The notes under the pieces were generated by a model that did not search any database, was not told the origin of the DNA, and was given only the letters and a program-made list of their open reading frames with translations. The position numbers were made by a program, and so were the translations under genes. A stretch of DNA of 63,406 bases, counting the filler, from Choristocarpus tenellus KU-1152 (taxonomy: Eukaryota; Protista; Phaeophyceae), in the NCBI GenBank assembly GCA_964200185.2. It is 15 parts of 15 records of this genome, joined end to end, with 100 filler letters (N's around TTAATTAATTAA, not from the genome) between each part and the next. Parts side by side here need not be neighbours in the genome. Positions count along the whole stretch, not along the records: positions 58,622 to 63,406 come from CAXNAD020013064.1; 14 more parts are not named here. One strand, given 5' to 3'. Positions 60,273-63,406 of the stretch are shown here, piece after piece (position 1 is the stretch's first letter; the number at the start of each line of letters is the position of its first letter).

Positions 60273-63074
60273 TCAAGAGACCGGTGCATTACGCCTTGCC
60301 ACTTCTGCATATTCTCCACCCATGAGGTTGAGGATCTATTCGGTCAAGACCAAGGGAAGCCAGTGTACATGTGGAAGGGGGCAAGGGGCCCACTGATTAG
60401 TGCCCATGAACCATACCTGAAGTGGTTATAATATGATTTGCAATCAAGTGAGACTTTGCTACTGGTGCTAGTCAAAGCGCGGATCTGGTATCACCTAAAT
60501 TTAAAATTTCATCTCCTAACATGGACCGGTAGATACGCTACATAAACTAACATACACCCCAGCAACAAAAAGGTGTTAAGTATCACTTTTAGCCAACGGA
60601 ATGGATGGTAAAATTTCCACTCAAACCCCATTAATGTCGGCGCCAATCAGTGTGACGTGCGAGGCTGCCGCGCCTTGCACACCTTCACCGACATAGCTCA
60701 TCATATTGTCAACACGGGGCACGAAAGAGAATTCCTAAAAAAACCCAAAGAAAATGGAACGTTCCGGCGCTGTTGCTGCGCAGTCGACCAAACACAATGC
60801 ACAATTCGAGACAGACATCCAAGCGAGTTAGTTCTAAAACTACACTCTTGTGTGACTCAATCCTCTTTCTAAACCTACAAAGGGATTTCTGGGCGACTTG
60901 TCTGAGCTCTAGTCATTTCACCCCTTACAGAACGGATTCACTACAGAACGATAGTTTCAAGGATGTGTCTCTTTGCGGCCTCATCAAGGCGGCAATTCAC
61001 GCGCCTTCGACAGGTTGAGAACTACTCGTGTGGTGCTACAGGGCTAGCTCTATAGCCGAAGCGCAAATTTTGCACCCTAAACCGTCACTCCACAGGGTTT
61101 TTAAAAACACGATGAAAAAGAGACAATTGTAAATCTTCCAGTCATTTGCATGTTTCGCATAGAACTATTCTCACTCCCTTGTTTAAAAAAAAACTCGCCA
61201 TGGATAACCATATTATCTTATGATAATCATTTGTTCAATTATCTGTTGTGGAGGGTTCGTGTCTGAGTAGTCTTAACCCTACAGTACAGTACAGTACCTA
61301 CTGTTGTAAAGCGCGACGCTTAATTGGCTCAGTTCAACTGGTTGAGAAATAAGCTGAGACTGTGTGTGACTAAGTTCGGTTATTTCATTATTTTCTTTTT
61401 CAAAATCACACAGCTATTGAATCATGAAAATAACAAAATATACTCCCATTCATTAAACAAGATACTTGATTTTTTTTTCTTTATTTTACAGCAAAGTCAC
61501 ACACAACCAATGCAGATCTATCTGTCTCGGTTCTCCCTCCTCTCGTATGCATACATCCCAACAAAATTTGTACACAAAAATAGTTATATTAAAAAAATAA
61601 ATATATATATATATATATATGCCTTCACCCCTTTGCATCCAATGCCCCCCAGTCACATATCCTTCAGTCTTCCTCTAACAAATCACAAATAACAACAATA
61701 ATGATAATAATCCATCTCAGATGTTACACGAGATCGTGCTTCTGCCGATGGAGAAAGACCACAGAAAAAATAAATGTAACCCAAAATTTCGCGCCTCCAG
61801 GGGGTGTTTTACGTCGCAGCACTACTTGCCACTAGCTAGACCTTGTAAACTGTAGGTTAAACCAATAAGATAAAAACCTTCTACCCACTCCAACTCTTCA
61901 GCGACATTTAAAAAAAATATATAATAGAAATAGTTCACGCAACACTAACAACACCAATTTCACTTTTCAAAACTTAACCTTAACACAATATGGTAGTAGT
62001 ACATGTGAAAAAAAAGCCTCCTCGTAGATCAGAACCTTAACAGTTGACAGTTCGTGACGCAATCATTCACAAAAAAAAAAATGCTGCATCTATTTCACCA
62101 AAGACACTGTGATATATATATATATACTTTTTCCTTGTACTTGTGAAAAGGGGTGCAGAGGACAACAGGTGCTTGAAAGTGAGGAGCCCGATTGGTTAGA
62201 CACACATAGTTGCTTCCTTAGATGAATCATTAAACAAAACAATAACCAGTGCTCATGGTAGAGGTTGCAGTATCATTGGCCAAAATCGGAAATTTCTGGA
62301 GAAGTTGGGAATTTACTGGAAAAATACTCCCTTATTTCAAACATTAGATTTACCCTTTATGTTGATGAACCTCACAGCCAACAATAAAGCATGAAAAAAA
62401 GAAAAGACTTCATAAAAATCAAAAGAGTTATTGGTGCACCAACTTTCAACACCTTGGAAGATTCCTGACAATACCTTCCTTCCACATCACACCATCTTAT
62501 CCCCCCCCCCCCATTCCCACATAAGTGATCTACGTATAGCGTTGCATACCNNNNNNNNNCGGCCACCCCCGAGCTCTCCCCCCTTTCCCTCCCCGACCCC
62601 CTTCCGATCCCACATCACCCCCTCTTTCCCCCCCCCCCCCCATTCCCACATAAGTGATCTACGTATAGCGTTGCATACCCAGACGCATTTTTTTTAATGT
62701 TCATCATCCATTGCTAGAAATTATATTCATACATACCAGAATTTCTCCTCACCAATGATAGGCACAAAATGTCAGAAGAGTACAAAGGTAAATCAATAGT
62801 TGTGGTACATAACATACATATATACATACATACACATGCGAGGTGAGGCCTCCTTCAGGTATTGGAAACCCCAGTCAATTGATGATGATGACAGCGCTGT
62901 GAATCCGCTCACCTCGTGCCACAATGTTTGATCATGGCGTACAATGCGGGTTATCAGCTCCGGCGCTGCCGAGGCAATGAACCACTGCTGGTAATGAAGT
63001 TCATCCTCAAGTTGACCTGCCACCCAGCTGGAGTACCCATGCTCAAATTTCACGTGGCTGGGGTCCACCAACCC
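60273..63074 (-). CDS. YqgE/AlgH (UPF0301/DUF179) family protein, last exons 63074-62913 and 60335-60273
   Basis: KFEHGYSSWVAGQLEDEL..WFIASA..LWHE|ILNLMGGEYAEVARR* matches GY.GW..GQLE.E...W and LW..IL..MGG.Y. Confidence 0.88.
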
Positions 63075-63406
63075 CTGGCATCCCCATGTATACACCCACA
63101 AGTTCATCGTGTGGAGGAATGTCAAAGTGGGAGCGAAAAAAAAATGAGGTGACATCGGGAGAGGAACAGCATTTGGCCATCGGAGCCAGAAATATACTCT
63201 GCCCTCATAACTTACAGGCCTAATTGCACGTCAGTTACATTTTTTTTTCTTAAGATTGAAATTATTACGGTAAGGGGACTTTTTATTTTTCTTCTCAATT
63301 TTAGCTTTAAAAAAAAATCTAGGGTTAGGGAGTGCCTTTTGTTGTAAGGGGGCAGGCGAGGGGGTTGGGGAGACCTCTTGCGCACTTGAGTTTTTTTTTT
63401 TTACTC

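Noticed and set aside
62480-62680. ~70-bp direct repeat flanking a 9-N gap
   Set aside because: Typical unmerged contig overlap at a poly-C tract; assembly artefact.

Overview
This is eukaryotic, intron-rich, repeat-rich DNA, not prokaryotic. It consists of about 15 short contigs joined by artificial N44-TTAATTAATTAA-N44 linkers. The gene content, long GT-AG introns and scattered TTAGGG repeats suggest a stramenopile, possibly a brown alga or relative (inference). Spliced gene models I reconstructed by hand: a 65-aa QCR10/UQCR11-like microprotein head-to-head with a PP2C phosphatase; a coiled-coil gene head-to-head with ALG9 (which has a GC-AG intron); the end of a PPR gene; a SOS1/NHX7-type Na+/H+ antiporter; a compact cluster of Sfi1-like, RBBP9, FMC1 and CMAS/CNMT-like methyltransferase genes; a PPP phosphatase; a TPR protein; and a YqgE/AlgH (DUF179) gene. 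Mobile DNA: a decayed DD39/40D-type mariner, a piggyBac remnant, an internally deleted chromodomain Ty3/Gypsy with both LTRs, an intron-containing Sola/DUF7869-type transposase relic, and several MITE families that share a G-N4-AAAGTATCT terminus and 4-bp TSDs. The most notable observations are (i) a five-exon pseudogene joining a C4HC3 PHD-like finger to what looks like a divergent beta-class DNA amino-methyltransferase fold, disrupted by a MITE, and (ii) the Sola-like MITE family, including a copy whose two TIRs both carry telomeric TTAGGG repeats. All family assignments come from motif recognition by eye; no searches were run.
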